From positions 268 through 64,267 of the forward strand of contig CAAEBC010000038.1 in assembly GCA_900753975.1 (NCBI GenBank): DNA of 64,000 nt, written 5' to 3'. The notes under the pieces were generated by a model. That model saw only the letters and a list, made by a program, of their open reading frames with translations, did not search any database and was not told the DNA's origin. Shown here one piece after another: positions 18,348 through 29,797 of the stretch. Position 1 is the first letter of the stretch. Every line of letters starts with the position of its first letter. This DNA is from Clostridia bacterium. Lineage in GTDB: Bacteria > Bacillota > Clostridia > TANB77 > UBA1234. Made by a program: the position numbers and the translations under genes.

Positions 18348-19472
18348 ATGATAAAATTTGAAAAAGTCGGAAAATCTTATAAAGAAAAGAAAGTTTTGCA
18401 AGATATATCTTTTGATATAGACGACGGAACAATCACGACAATAATTGGTGAAAGTGGTTGTGGCAAGACAACTACTTTGAAAATGATTAATAGGTTAATA
18501 GAACCATCAACTGGTATTATAACTATTAATGGTGAAAACATAAAAAGGAAAAACCCAATTAAACTTCGCAGAAATATTGGGTATGTAATACAACAAACAG
18601 GGCTGTTTCCACATATGACGGTAAGAGAAAATATAGAATTGATTTCAAAACTAGAAGGAAAAAGACAAAATGAAATACATGAACGTACGTTAGAAATGAT
18701 GAAAATGGTTTCACTTAATCCAGAGGATTTTTTGGACAGATATCCTTCAGAGCTTTCAGGTGGCCAACAGCAGAGAGTGGGTATAGCAAGAGCATTTGCT
18801 ACGAATCCAGAAATAATATTGATGGATGAACCGTTTAGTGCATTAGATCCCATGACTAGAATTTCTTTGCAAGATGAACTTATAAAACTTCAAGAAAAAT
18901 TTCACAAAACTATTGTATTTGTAACACATGATATGGACGAAGCAATAAAGATATCGGACAAGATTGCTATTATGGATAATGGATATTTAGTACAATATGA
19001 TACTCCAGAGATGATTCTAAAGCATCCAGCTAATGAGTTTGTCAAAAGTTTTGTTGGTAATAAAAGAATATGGACATCACCAAATTTAATTAAGGTTGAA
19101 GATATAATGATTGAACATCCAGTAACAGGCAGACCAAATTTTTCAATATTTTATTGCTTAAATAAAATGAAAATGGCACGTGTAGATAGTTTACTTATTA
19201 TTGACGAAAATAGAGTATTGAAAGGTATTTTGTATGCGTCAGCAATTACAGGAAATGATTTTTCTGATAAAAAGGCAGAAGACTTTATAGAAAATGATTT
19301 TGTTGCGGCGAAAATGGGTGATTCTATTGTTGAATTGTTAAAAATTGTTGATACAAATAAGATTTCTGTAATTCCGGTAATTGATGAATTTGGAATATTA
19401 AAAGGTCTTATAACTAGAAGTAGTTTGATAACTTCTTTAAGTCAACAATTCTTAGAAGAGGAGGAAAACTAA
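18348..19472 (+). CDS. Glycine betaine/carnitine/choline-type ABC transporter ATPase with tandem C-terminal CBS domains
   Basis: Walker A GESGCGKTT, signature LSGGQQQRV, Walker B ILMDEP, and a CBS-like C-terminus. Confidence 0.88.
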   Translation: MIKFEKVGKSYKEKKVLQDISFDIDDGTITTIIGESGCGKTTTLKMINRLIEPSTGIITINGENIKRKNPIKLRRNIGYVIQQTGLFPHMTVRENIELISKLEGKRQNEIHERTLEMMKMVSLNPEDFLDRYPSELSGGQQQRVGIARAFATNPEIILMDEPFSALDPMTRISLQDELIKLQEKFHKTIVFVTHDMDEAIKISDKIAIMDNGYLVQYDTPEMILKHPANEFVKSFVGNKRIWTSPNLIKVEDIMIEHPVTGRPNFSIFYCLNKMKMARVDSLLIIDENRVLKGILYASAITGNDFSDKKAEDFIENDFVAAKMGDSIVELLKIVDTNKISVIPVIDEFGILKGLITRSSLITSLSQQFLEEEEN

Positions 19473-19473
19473 T

Positions 19474-21031
19474 ATGACATTATTTAATTATTTACAAGAA
19501 AACTTCTCACAAGTATTATCATTATTACTTGAACATATTGAACTCACTTTGTTATCAGTATTTGTTTCAGTGATGATAGGAATTCCTATTGGAATATTGA
19601 TTAGTTATATAAAAAAGCTCGGAAAACCAATAATTGGTGTTATAAATATTATACAAGCAATCCCATCAATGGCACTATTAGGTTTCATGATTCCGATTTT
19701 AGGCATTGGAACTTTACCAGCAGTAGTTATGGTTGTTTTGTATTCTTTATTACCAATAATCAAAAATACATATACAGGAATAAAGAATATAAATGAACAA
19801 ACAATTGAAGCTGCTACTGGAATACGGCCTAACAAAATGGCAAATATTAACTAGGATTCAAATACCACTGGCTTTTCCAGTGATAATGGCAGGTATAAGG
19901 ATATCGGCTGTTAGTGCTGTGGGACTTATGACTCTTTCGGCATTTGTTGGTGCTGGTGGACTAGGCTATCTGGTCTATGCAGGTATTAGGTCTGTTAATA
20001 ATTCTCAAATTTTAGCAGGAGCTATTCCTGCATGTTTATTAGCATTGCTTATTGATTATGTAATGAGTATTATCGAAAACTTAACAACTAATAAAGATAG
20101 GCAAGAATCAACTAAAAAGAAAAAAATAATTCAGAAAATATTTTTGATGTTGATTTGTATCTGCGTAATGTGGCTTTTCTTTTACAATTATTTTGAAAAA
20201 AGTGGAAATGAAAATTCAAGATCTATTGTGATTGGAAGTATGGATTTTACAGAGCAAGAAATTTTATCGTATATGATAGATGAATTAATAGAAAAAAATA
20301 CAGATATTAAAGTCGAACAAAAACTTTCTCTAGGTTCTTCTTCTATTGTTTTAGGTGCTATAGCTAAAAATGATATAGATTTATATGTGGATTATACAGG
20401 AACGATTTATGGTAGTGTATTAAAGCATCAACCAAATAGTGATGCAAAAGAAGTATACAATATTTCTAAGAAAGAATTAAAAGAACAATACAATCTTAAT
20501 ATTTTAGATGATTTGAATTTTAATAATACATATACTTTAGCAATAAAAAAAGAAACGAAAGAGAAATATAATATAAAAACAATAAGTGATTTATGTAATG
20601 TATCTGAAGAATTGGTATTTTCACCAACATTAACATTTATGGAGAGAAACGACTGCTATAAGGGACTAGAAAAAATATATCCTTTAAAATTTAAAGAAGT
20701 TATAGCAATAGATGGTTCACCAAGATATGTGGCACTAATGAACGGAGAAAGCGATGTTGTAGATGCGTATTCAACAGATGCATTGTTAGAAAAGTTTGAT
20801 TTATATGTGCTAGAAGATGATAAAGATTTCTTTTTACCATATAATGCAGTTCCGATAGTAAATGAAAATGTTATGGAAAATCATAAGGAAATAATACCAT
20901 TACTAAAAAAGTTAAGAATGTCTTTAAGTGATGATATAATGAGAAAATTAAATTATGCTGTTGATGAGGAAAAAAGATTACCTTCTGAAGTGGCACACGA
21001 ATTTTTATTGGAAAATAATTTAATACACTAA
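19474..21031 (+). pseudogene. OpuC-type permease fused to a substrate-binding domain, interrupted by a +1 frameshift near 19822-19828
   Basis: ORF 19474-19854 (permease N-terminal half) and ORF 19793-21031 (rest of the permease plus the SBP) overlap in different frames. Skipping one base (for example C19825) gives a continuous ...EAATGIGLTKWQILTRIQIPLAFPVIMAG... Confidence 0.75.
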
Positions 21032-21043
21032 AAGAATAACTGA

Positions 21044-21075
21044 AATGCCAATCTAAAACGGTTGGCATTTTTTAT
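21044..21075 (+). terminator. Rho-independent terminator after the opu operon
   Basis: Stem ATGCCAA/TTGGCAT followed by T6. Confidence 0.65.
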
Positions 21076-21092
21076 TTAATATTCTTTGATTA

Positions 21093-21114
21093 AATTTACA
21101 TTTAATTTACATTT
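21093..21114. promoter_or_regulatory. Perfect 11-bp tandem direct repeat (AATTTACATTT x2), a candidate OmpR-family response-regulator site
   Basis: The reverse strand reads TGTAAA-N5-TGTAAA. The second unit supplies a -35-like TTTACA that lies 17 nt upstream of TAATAT (21130-21135). Confidence 0.35.
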
Positions 21115-21431
21115 AGTTTAAAACGTATTAATATCTTGCGTATATTATATAGGCGAAAAATAAAAAGCTATGTAACAATAAAGTAACAGTTTATATATCG
21201 AAACTAGATTACTGCTCTTATCAAATTTCGATTAATAAACTTGCACTTTATTAATTTGTGTAACGTTTTACCAGATTTCGCGCATCTAGTAAAACAAAAA
21301 GCAAGTTTACGTAGCTTAATTATTTTATAGCCATTTCAAAAATGGCTAAAATATGCTAAGCTAGGGGCGCTTTTAAAAGCGCTCCAATGCAATGCATAAA
21401 AGCTTTACTTATATTTAAGGAGGATGGTTCT

Positions 21432-22133
21432 TTGAAAAAGGTTCTTGTTGTAGATGATGATAAAAACATATGTGAGTTATTAAAATTGTATTTAAATAAA
21501 GAAGGTTTTGAAACATATTTTGCTTATGATGGAAGCGAAGCAGTAACATCTGCAAAAGAAAATGAACCAGATATAATCATTTTAGATGTTATGATGCCAG
21601 TAATTAACGGTTGGGAAGCTTGTAAATTAATTAGACAATTTTCAGATGTTCCAATCATAATGCTAACAGCTTTGGATACTACAGAAAATAAAGTTCAAGG
21701 ACTTAATATTGGTGCTGATGATTATATAGTAAAGCCATTTGAACCAGTTGAGGTAATCGCGCGAATTAATGCACATTTAAGAAGAGCTGATAAATCATTA
21801 GGCGATGATACTGAAGAAAATAAACATGAAACTAAACTTGTTGTTGATAATATAGACATTGATTTAGATAAATACGAAGTAAAATTAGACGGTAAGATTG
21901 TAAAAGATCTTAAACCTAAAGAAATTCAACTTTTGTATTTCTTTATGAGCAATAAAAATCAAGTATTTACTAGAGAACAACTTTTAGATAAAGTATGGGG
22001 GTATGAATACTTTGGTGGAACAAGAACGGTTGACGTTCATATAAAATCTTTAAGAGAAAAGTTAAAGAGTAAGAAAAGTAAGTGGGAAATAAAGACAATA
22101 TGGAATGTAGGATATAAATTTGAAATTAAGTAG
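21432..22133 (+). CDS. OmpR/PhoB-family response regulator
   Basis: AAGGAGG RBS 8 nt before the TTG at 21432. Receiver domain (VLVVDDD...ILDVMMP...KPF) plus a winged-helix C-terminus (VDVHIKSLREKL...GYKF). Confidence 0.9.
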   Translation: MKKVLVVDDDKNICELLKLYLNKEGFETYFAYDGSEAVTSAKENEPDIIILDVMMPVINGWEACKLIRQFSDVPIIMLTALDTTENKVQGLNIGADDYIVKPFEPVEVIARINAHLRRADKSLGDDTEENKHETKLVVDNIDIDLDKYEVKLDGKIVKDLKPKEIQLLYFFMSNKNQVFTREQLLDKVWGYEYFGGTRTVDVHIKSLREKLKSKKSKWEIKTIWNVGYKFEIK

Positions 22134-22150
22134 TAAGAATGGAGATACAT

Positions 22151-23542
22151 ATGTTTAAAGGAATATATTTTAAGCTTGTTACAACCTATCTTTCACTTTT
22201 TATGGCAATTGTACTTTTAGTTTCTTTTTTCATAAGTAGTGTTTTTTATAAGCAATTTACAAATCAAATACAAGAAGAATTAGTAAATGCTTGCGTTAAA
22301 ACGAATGTACTTATGCAAAGGTACTATAATAACGAGATTACGAAAGAAGAGTTAACAGCCTGGATTAACGCAATGGCATATATATCAAACTTAAAGATAT
22401 ATATATTAAATCCTGATGCTTCAGTACTTCACAAAGTATCTGAATCAGAAGAAATGAGCATGAATATTCAAATAAAACAAGATATATTAAAAGTTATGGA
22501 AGGCGAAACTGTTAGTAGAATGAATGCAGTTTCATTAAACCAAGAAAGTAATCTTGTTTATGTTGGAATTCCTTTAACATATAACGATACTGTAAGTGGT
22601 GTTATTATGGCATTTTCGCCAATAACCGAAATGGAAGTATTAATAAGTGAAGTCTTAAAAATTATAGGTATTATCTTAGTGATAGTAATCCTTATAGGAA
22701 CTATTGCAATTTTGCGTGTCTCTGTAAAAATTTCCGAGCCTATTACTGAAATAAGTAAATATGCAAGACGTATTGGTAAAGGAGAAGAAGTTCCAGATGT
22801 AGAGATTGCAAGTAATGATGAAATCGGAATGCTTGCTGCATCTTTTAACGAAATGAAAAGAGAGATTGCAGTTTCAGAGCAAATGAGAAAAGAAATTGTT
22901 GCGAATGTTTCGCATGAATTAAGAACTCCATTAACTTCTATAATAGGTTTTATAAAAGGAATTTTAGATGGAGTAATTCCAGTAGAAGATCATGAAAAAT
23001 ATCTATCTATTGTTTACAATGAGGCTAATAGACTAAAAGAGCTAACTAAAGATATCGTTGATGTTGCAAAACTTGAGTCTGGTAGCATATCATTAAATAA
23101 AGAAAAATTTAATTTAAATGAACTTACAAAAGAAGTTTATACAGAAATGGAAGAATTAGTAAAAGAAAAAAATCTTGAATTTATTCTTGAAGAGTTAAAA
23201 AGCGACATAAGCATATATGCAGATAAAGCAAGGATAAGACAAGTTCTTATAAATATAATAAATAACTCTATTAAGTTTACAGACAAGGGTTATATAAAAG
23301 TAGTATTAGATAGAGAAAAAGATAAAGCTTGTATAAGCATTGAAGATACGGGTAGTGGAATAAAAGAAGATAAAATAGCATATTTGTTTGATAAGTTTTA
23401 TACAGCAAACGATTATGGTAATGCAACAAATGGTGCCGGACTTGGACTAAATATTGTTAAAAATATTGTTGACTTACATGGTGGCAGCATAGAAGTTTTG
23501 AGTACTGTTGGCAAAGGAACAAGAGTAAATATTAAAATTTAG
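22151..23542 (+). CDS. Sensor histidine kinase (2 TM, HAMP, HisKA, HATPase_c)
   Basis: H-box VSHELRTPLTSI, N-box INNSIKFT, G-boxes DTGSGI and GAGLGLNIV. Confidence 0.9.
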   Translation: MFKGIYFKLVTTYLSLFMAIVLLVSFFISSVFYKQFTNQIQEELVNACVKTNVLMQRYYNNEITKEELTAWINAMAYISNLKIYILNPDASVLHKVSESEEMSMNIQIKQDILKVMEGETVSRMNAVSLNQESNLVYVGIPLTYNDTVSGVIMAFSPITEMEVLISEVLKIIGIILVIVILIGTIAILRVSVKISEPITEISKYARRIGKGEEVPDVEIASNDEIGMLAASFNEMKREIAVSEQMRKEIVANVSHELRTPLTSIIGFIKGILDGVIPVEDHEKYLSIVYNEANRLKELTKDIVDVAKLESGSISLNKEKFNLNELTKEVYTEMEELVKEKNLEFILEELKSDISIYADKARIRQVLINIINNSIKFTDKGYIKVVLDREKDKACISIEDTGSGIKEDKIAYLFDKFYTANDYGNATNGAGLGLNIVKNIVDLHGGSIEVLSTVGKGTRVNIKI

Positions 23543-23561
23543 AAAAAGGAAGTGATGATTA

Positions 23562-24029
23562 GTGAAAGCAGATTTTAAAATTATTTCTAGCATACTTATA
23601 GCTGTACTTACAGTTTTACTTGCCGTTGTTTTAATTTCATACTATAGAAAACCGTTAAAAATAAATACTGATATTTTAAATGATCCTACTTTGACTAATC
23701 GTAGCGAAATAGTAAATAATATAGGTCAAGAACATAAAAACGATTTAGTGAGTGGAGAACAAATAATTGAAAATACAAATCAGTCTGGGGAAAATAGTTC
23801 TGGAGAAAAGATAGACGATAATTCTCATATAATTTCGCCATCTAACAAGCCACGAAATGATGACAAGACGGTTATAATAACTTCTGATGACACTATGACG
23901 AATAAAGAAAAGAGACAAATTTTAACAGAGTTAGATACAACTCTTATGGAGCTTTTAGAGGCAGTAGATAAAGTTCAGACTGTAGATGAAACTCGTCTCG
24001 TAAATAAAGAAGAGAGTGGGGTGCAATAA
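23562..24029 (+). CDS. Hypothetical membrane-anchored protein
   Basis: GTG start after a GGAAGTG RBS. N-terminal TM helix. Low-complexity extracellular part. Confidence 0.5.
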   Translation: MKADFKIISSILIAVLTVLLAVVLISYYRKPLKINTDILNDPTLTNRSEIVNNIGQEHKNDLVSGEQIIENTNQSGENSSGEKIDDNSHIISPSNKPRNDDKTVIITSDDTMTNKEKRQILTELDTTLMELLEAVDKVQTVDETRLVNKEESGVQ

Positions 24030-24526
24030 TGAAGAAATTATTTTATACTATTTCTTTGATTTGCATGCTTGCACTTTTTGGAAGTAATGTTTATGCGACA
24101 GAGATAAATACAGATATTCCAGAAATGAGTCTTGAACAGCTTATTATGAGCATGCAAGCAAGACAAGGAAAAGTTGATATAATAAAGAAAAATAATGTTC
24201 AAATTACAGATTTGAAAGAAGAGCTAAAAGCAAAAATCATAGTTGCAGCAGAAAAGGTAAATAGTTTAAAATTAAACATATCTAGTGGTACAGTTTCTAT
24301 ATCTGATAGCGAGATAAATGAGCTAAAAAGCCTTTTAGAATTTTTACAACAATCTACGAAAACATTAAATGAAGATACCGAAAAAGTTTCAAAGGAAATA
24401 GATGCGATACTTGATTTAATTCAAACAAGAGGTATGGATCTTGGACAGTATGACTTAATAATTGAGAAACAAAATTTGGTAATAGTAAACATGAAAGACA
24501 TTTTAAAGAAAGTAAATCAGATTTAG
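24029..24526 (+). CDS. Hypothetical secreted protein
   Basis: The start overlaps the preceding stop by 1 nt. Signal peptide (LICMLALFGSNVYA) followed by coiled-coil-like sequence. Confidence 0.55.
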   Translation: MKKLFYTISLICMLALFGSNVYATEINTDIPEMSLEQLIMSMQARQGKVDIIKKNNVQITDLKEELKAKIIVAAEKVNSLKLNISSGTVSISDSEINELKSLLEFLQQSTKTLNEDTEKVSKEIDAILDLIQTRGMDLGQYDLIIEKQNLVIVNMKDILKKVNQI

Positions 24527-24580
24527 AAAAGGTTATAGGTAATCCGAAAAACCTAAATATTCAATGTAAGGAAAAATACG

Positions 24581-25489
24581 ATGTCATTTTTTGAAAAATT
24601 AAAACAAGGTTTAACAAGAACAAAAGAAGCAATAACTGGAAAAGTAAATGAAGTTTTTAGCAATTTTAGAAAAGTAGATGAAAATCTATTAGAAGAATTA
24701 GAAGAAGCACTTATCTTATCAGATGTTGGTGCTGAAACAGCTATGAAAATAGTAGATAATCTAAGAAAGAGAATTAAACTTGAAAAAATAGAAGATTCTG
24801 AAAAAGTTAAAGATGCATTAAAGGAAGAAATATATAAGATTTTGACAGAAAAGGATAATTCGTTAAATCTTTCTACAAAACCAGCTATAATGTTAGTTGT
24901 TGGTGTAAATGGTGCAGGCAAGACAACATCTATAGGCAAGATTGCAGCTAATCTAAAGGCAGAGGGTAAAAAAGTTTTGGTTGCAGCAGCAGACACTTTT
25001 AGAGCAGCTGCTATCGAACAACTAGAAGTTTGGACAGAGCGTGCTGGTGTTGATATAATAAAAAGACCAGAAGGTTCAGACCCTGCTTCTGTAGTTTTTG
25101 ATGCTATTTCAAAAACTAAAAGTGGAGATTATGATGTAGTGATTATAGATACAGCAGGAAGATTACATACTAAAAAGAATTTGATGGACGAGCTTGGAAA
25201 AATGCAAAGAATTATTGATAGAGAGTTGCCAGATGCTGCTAAAGAAGTACTTATAGTGCTTGATGGAACAACAGGTCAAAATGCTTTGGTACAAGCCAAG
25301 GAGTTTTCAGAAGTAACAAACATTACTGGCATAATATTAACAAAGTTAGATGGTACAGCAAAAGGTGGAGTTGTAATTGGTATTTGTAGTGAACTAAATG
25401 TACCAGTAAAACTAATTGGTGTAGGAGAAAAAATAGAAGATTTGCAAGTATTTAATGCAGAAGAATTTGCTAAAGCATTATTTGAGTAA
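24581..25489 (+). CDS. ftsY: Signal recognition particle receptor FtsY
   Basis: Motifs [28 protein letters not shown]. Confidence 0.95.
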   Translation: MSFFEKLKQGLTRTKEAITGKVNEVFSNFRKVDENLLEELEEALILSDVGAETAMKIVDNLRKRIKLEKIEDSEKVKDALKEEIYKILTEKDNSLNLSTKPAIMLVVGVNGAGKTTSIGKIAANLKAEGKKVLVAAADTFRAAAIEQLEVWTERAGVDIIKRPEGSDPASVVFDAISKTKSGDYDVVIIDTAGRLHTKKNLMDELGKMQRIIDRELPDAAKEVLIVLDGTTGQNALVQAKEFSEVTNITGIILTKLDGTAKGGVVIGICSELNVPVKLIGVGEKIEDLQVFNAEEFAKALFE

Positions 25490-25523
25490 AATCTGTAAAA
25501 GATAAACATTAGGAGGTTTCTTA

Positions 25524-25814
25524 ATGTTTATTTTTTTTAGAAGAAAGAAAAGTTTAGAAAATAAAATTGACGAAATATTAGAGGCGCTAAACGAAAAAAG
25601 CCTTAATAAATTTATGGAGATAATATCTTCACCAAGAAAATTATTTTGGCGAAACTTTATTGCTGGTATTGCCAAAGGAATTGGCATCGCCATTGGTTTC
25701 TCTCTTCTTGGTGCAATACTTATCTATTTATTAAGATATATCGTCATGCTAAATCTACCAGTTATCGGTGCCTTTTTGCGAGAAATCTGGGAAATTATGC
25801 AAAATGAGAGCTAG
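25524..25814 (+). CDS. Small membrane protein, DUF5665-like
   Basis: GGAGG RBS. The segment FWRNFIAGIAKGIGIAIGFSLLGA is typical of the small protein often encoded after ftsY in Clostridia. Confidence 0.6.
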   Translation: MFIFFRRKKSLENKIDEILEALNEKSLNKFMEIISSPRKLFWRNFIAGIAKGIGIAIGFSLLGAILIYLLRYIVMLNLPVIGAFLREIWEIMQNES

Positions 25815-25876
25815 GACGGTATAAGAATTAGGGACGGAGGAAAATTCTCATTTTTGAGAAAAAGGGACGGACCTAA
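25813..25876 (+). repeat. GGGACGG-box repeat, copy B (opposite orientation to C and D, truncated)
   Basis: AGGGACGGAGGAAAATTCTCATTTTTGAGAAAAAGGGACGGACCTA equals the reverse complement of the core of copies C and D. Confidence 0.7.
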
Positions 25877-25997
25877 AAATTACATTAATTACTTTGAAAT
25901 ATTTGACTTATAAGTATCAGCTAAGTTTTATATTGCATTTTTTGTTGTTTTAAATTAAAATGTTTTTAGAAAGAAAATTGAAAAAGAGGTTTTAAAT

Positions 25998-27248
25998 ATG
26001 AAGATTGGATTTGTTTCATTAGGATGTAGCAAGAATCTTGTTGATACTGAAATGATGATTAAATTTTATCAAGACAAAGGAAATGAGATTGTGCAAAATC
26101 CTGCAGAAGCTGAGGTTATTATTATTAACACTTGTGGATTTATAGAGGCTGCCAAAAAAGAGGCAATTGATACTATTTTTGAGATGGCAAGATATAAAGA
26201 GTTTGGCAAGTGTGAGACTTTGATTGTCACAGGTTGCTTGGTTGAGAGGTATTTTGAAGAGCTACAGAAAGAGCTTCCAGAAGTTGATTTGTTTATACCA
26301 ATTAGAGATTACGATAAGATTTTTGAAAAGCTTGATTTTAAAAATAGAACTATTACTACGGGAGATTTTGCTTATTTAAAAATTGCAGAAGGTTGTAGTA
26401 ATAATTGTACATATTGTGCGATACCTTATATAAGAGGAAAATATGTTAGCAGACCTTTTGAAGATATAATCGAAGAAGCAAAAGAACTATATAAGGCAGG
26501 GTATAAAGAAATAATTGTAATTGCTCAAGATACAACTAAGTATGGAATTGATTTGTATGGTAAAGCAAGATTACCAGAGCTTTTAAGAGAGCTTTCAAAA
26601 ATTAATTTTATTTGGATTAGATTTTTATATGCTTACCCAGAATCGATTACTGATGAGCTTATAGAAACTGTTAAAGATTGTGATAATGTTTGTAATTATT
26701 TTGATATCCCTGTTCAACATATTTCTGATACAGTTTTAAAAAGAATGGGAAGACATACTAATAGTGAAGCTATCTATGGTGTTATTTCTAAACTTAGAAG
26801 AAAAATACCAGATGTAATTCTTAGAACTTCTTTAATCGTTGGATTTCCAGGCGAGACTAAAGAAGATTTTGAAGAATTAAAAGAGTTTGTGAAAGCTACT
26901 AAGTTTGATAGACTAGGAGTTTTTAAATATTCTATTGAGGACGGTACACCTGCTGAAAAGCTTGATGGACATATGGATGAGAGTATAAAAGAAGAACGTA
27001 GAAATGAAATAATGGAGATACAGCAAAAAATTTCTAAAAAGAAAAATGAAGAAATTATCGGAAAAGAGCTTGAATGTAAGATTGATTCAAAAGCAGATTT
27101 GGGGTATATAGCAAGAAGCTATAGAGATGTCCCAGATGAAGATGGTCTTGTTTTTATAGAAACACCAAAAGAGCATCGTGCCGGTGATATTGTACTTGCA
27201 AAGGTAACAAATGCAGAAGAATATGATTTGATTGCAGAAGAAATATAG
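25998..27248 (+). CDS. rimO: Ribosomal protein S12 methylthiotransferase RimO (radical SAM)
   Basis: N-terminal FVSLGCSKNLVDTE, radical-SAM motif CSNNCTYCAIP, C-terminal TRAM-like domain. Confidence 0.85.
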   Translation: MKIGFVSLGCSKNLVDTEMMIKFYQDKGNEIVQNPAEAEVIIINTCGFIEAAKKEAIDTIFEMARYKEFGKCETLIVTGCLVERYFEELQKELPEVDLFIPIRDYDKIFEKLDFKNRTITTGDFAYLKIAEGCSNNCTYCAIPYIRGKYVSRPFEDIIEEAKELYKAGYKEIIVIAQDTTKYGIDLYGKARLPELLRELSKINFIWIRFLYAYPESITDELIETVKDCDNVCNYFDIPVQHISDTVLKRMGRHTNSEAIYGVISKLRRKIPDVILRTSLIVGFPGETKEDFEELKEFVKATKFDRLGVFKYSIEDGTPAEKLDGHMDESIKEERRNEIMEIQQKISKKKNEEIIGKELECKIDSKADLGYIARSYRDVPDEDGLVFIETPKEHRAGDIVLAKVTNAEEYDLIAEEI

Positions 27249-27267
27249 TTTAAGGAGGAATTTTTTT

Positions 27268-27867
27268 ATGAATTTACCTAATAAAATAACGATAGCAAGA
27301 ATTTTACTTGTGCCAATTATGATGTTAATGCCATACATTGGAATTACTGCAAAAACTAGCTTTGGACTTCCGATAGTTAATATAATTATTTTAATTATAT
27401 TTTTAGTAGCATCTTTTACAGACTATTTGGATGGACACATAGCAAGAAAGAGAAATATAGTTACTAATTTTGGAAAGTTTTTAGATCCTATCGCAGACAA
27501 ACTTTTGGTATTAGCTGCACTTGTAATGCTTGTAGAAGCTAGAATTATACCAGGTTGGATTCCAATAATTATAGCTGCAAGAGAATTTATGGTTTCTGCT
27601 ATAAGAATGCTTGTAGCTACAGAGGGTAAAGTAATAGCAGCAAGCAAACTTGGAAAAATAAAAACAGTTACTCAAATGGTAGCTATATCACTCGCATTTT
27701 TAGACACTAATTATTTTATGAGCTTCGTATGTGGTGGGCTTACAGGCTTTGCACTTATTCTAAATATATTAATGTCAGTTGCTATGATACTTGCTGTCAT
27801 TGCTACAATTTGGTCAGGTGTTGATTATTTTATGAAATCTAAAGACGTTGTATTGCAATCAAAATAG
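27268..27867 (+). CDS. pgsA: CDP-diacylglycerol--glycerol-3-phosphate 3-phosphatidyltransferase
   Basis: AAGGAGG RBS before the ATG at 27268. CDP-alcohol phosphatidyltransferase motif DYLDGHIARK...GKFLDPIADK. Confidence 0.9.
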   Translation: MNLPNKITIARILLVPIMMLMPYIGITAKTSFGLPIVNIIILIIFLVASFTDYLDGHIARKRNIVTNFGKFLDPIADKLLVLAALVMLVEARIIPGWIPIIIAAREFMVSAIRMLVATEGKVIAASKLGKIKTVTQMVAISLAFLDTNYFMSFVCGGLTGFALILNILMSVAMILAVIATIWSGVDYFMKSKDVVLQSK

Positions 27868-27871
27868 ATAA

Positions 27872-29473
<1,602 letters not shown>

Positions 29474-29516
29474 TTAGTAAGTATTGTTCTATATTTTTTA
29501 GATTAAGAGGAGTATT

Positions 29517-29663
29517 ATGAAAGAGAATTTGAGTGATTTTTTAAAGATAGCATATAAATATAATCGAGTAAAAGACTTAAATGAAGCTTTTGAAGAATAT
29601 CCTGTGGAAGAAGAATGGCACAAAGGAAAAATTGAAAATGTTTTAGAAGAAAACTTTAGATGA
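29517..29663 (+). CDS. Small hypothetical protein (48 aa; below the size cutoff of the ORF track)
   Basis: AAGAGGAG RBS 5 nt before the ATG. Translation MKENLSDFLKIAYKYNRVKDLNEAFEEYPVEEEWHKGKIENVLEENFR. A strong terminator follows 13 nt later. Confidence 0.5.
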   Translation: MKENLSDFLKIAYKYNRVKDLNEAFEEYPVEEEWHKGKIENVLEENFR

Positions 29664-29675
29664 AGGTGAATAAGA

Positions 29676-29708
29676 AAAGACGGTGAATTTTACATTCACC
29701 GTCTTTTT
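29676..29708 (+). terminator. Rho-independent terminator
   Basis: Stem AAAGACGGTGAAT/ATTCACCGTCTTT followed by TTTG. Confidence 0.8.
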
Positions 29709-29797
29709 GTCATTCACAAAAAATACATGTAAAAATTAGAAATATGTGGTATAATACTTGTGGACTTATTTTATTTTTGAAATAGGAGGTATGTTTA

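Noticed and set aside
19793-21031. Treating the ATG at 19793 (MNKQLKLL...) as the start of an independent substrate-binding-protein gene.
   Set aside because: The first approximately 90 residues continue the permease TM domain begun in 19474-19854, so a frameshifted single gene explains it better. The same reasoning applies to the TTG at 60958 in yqfD.
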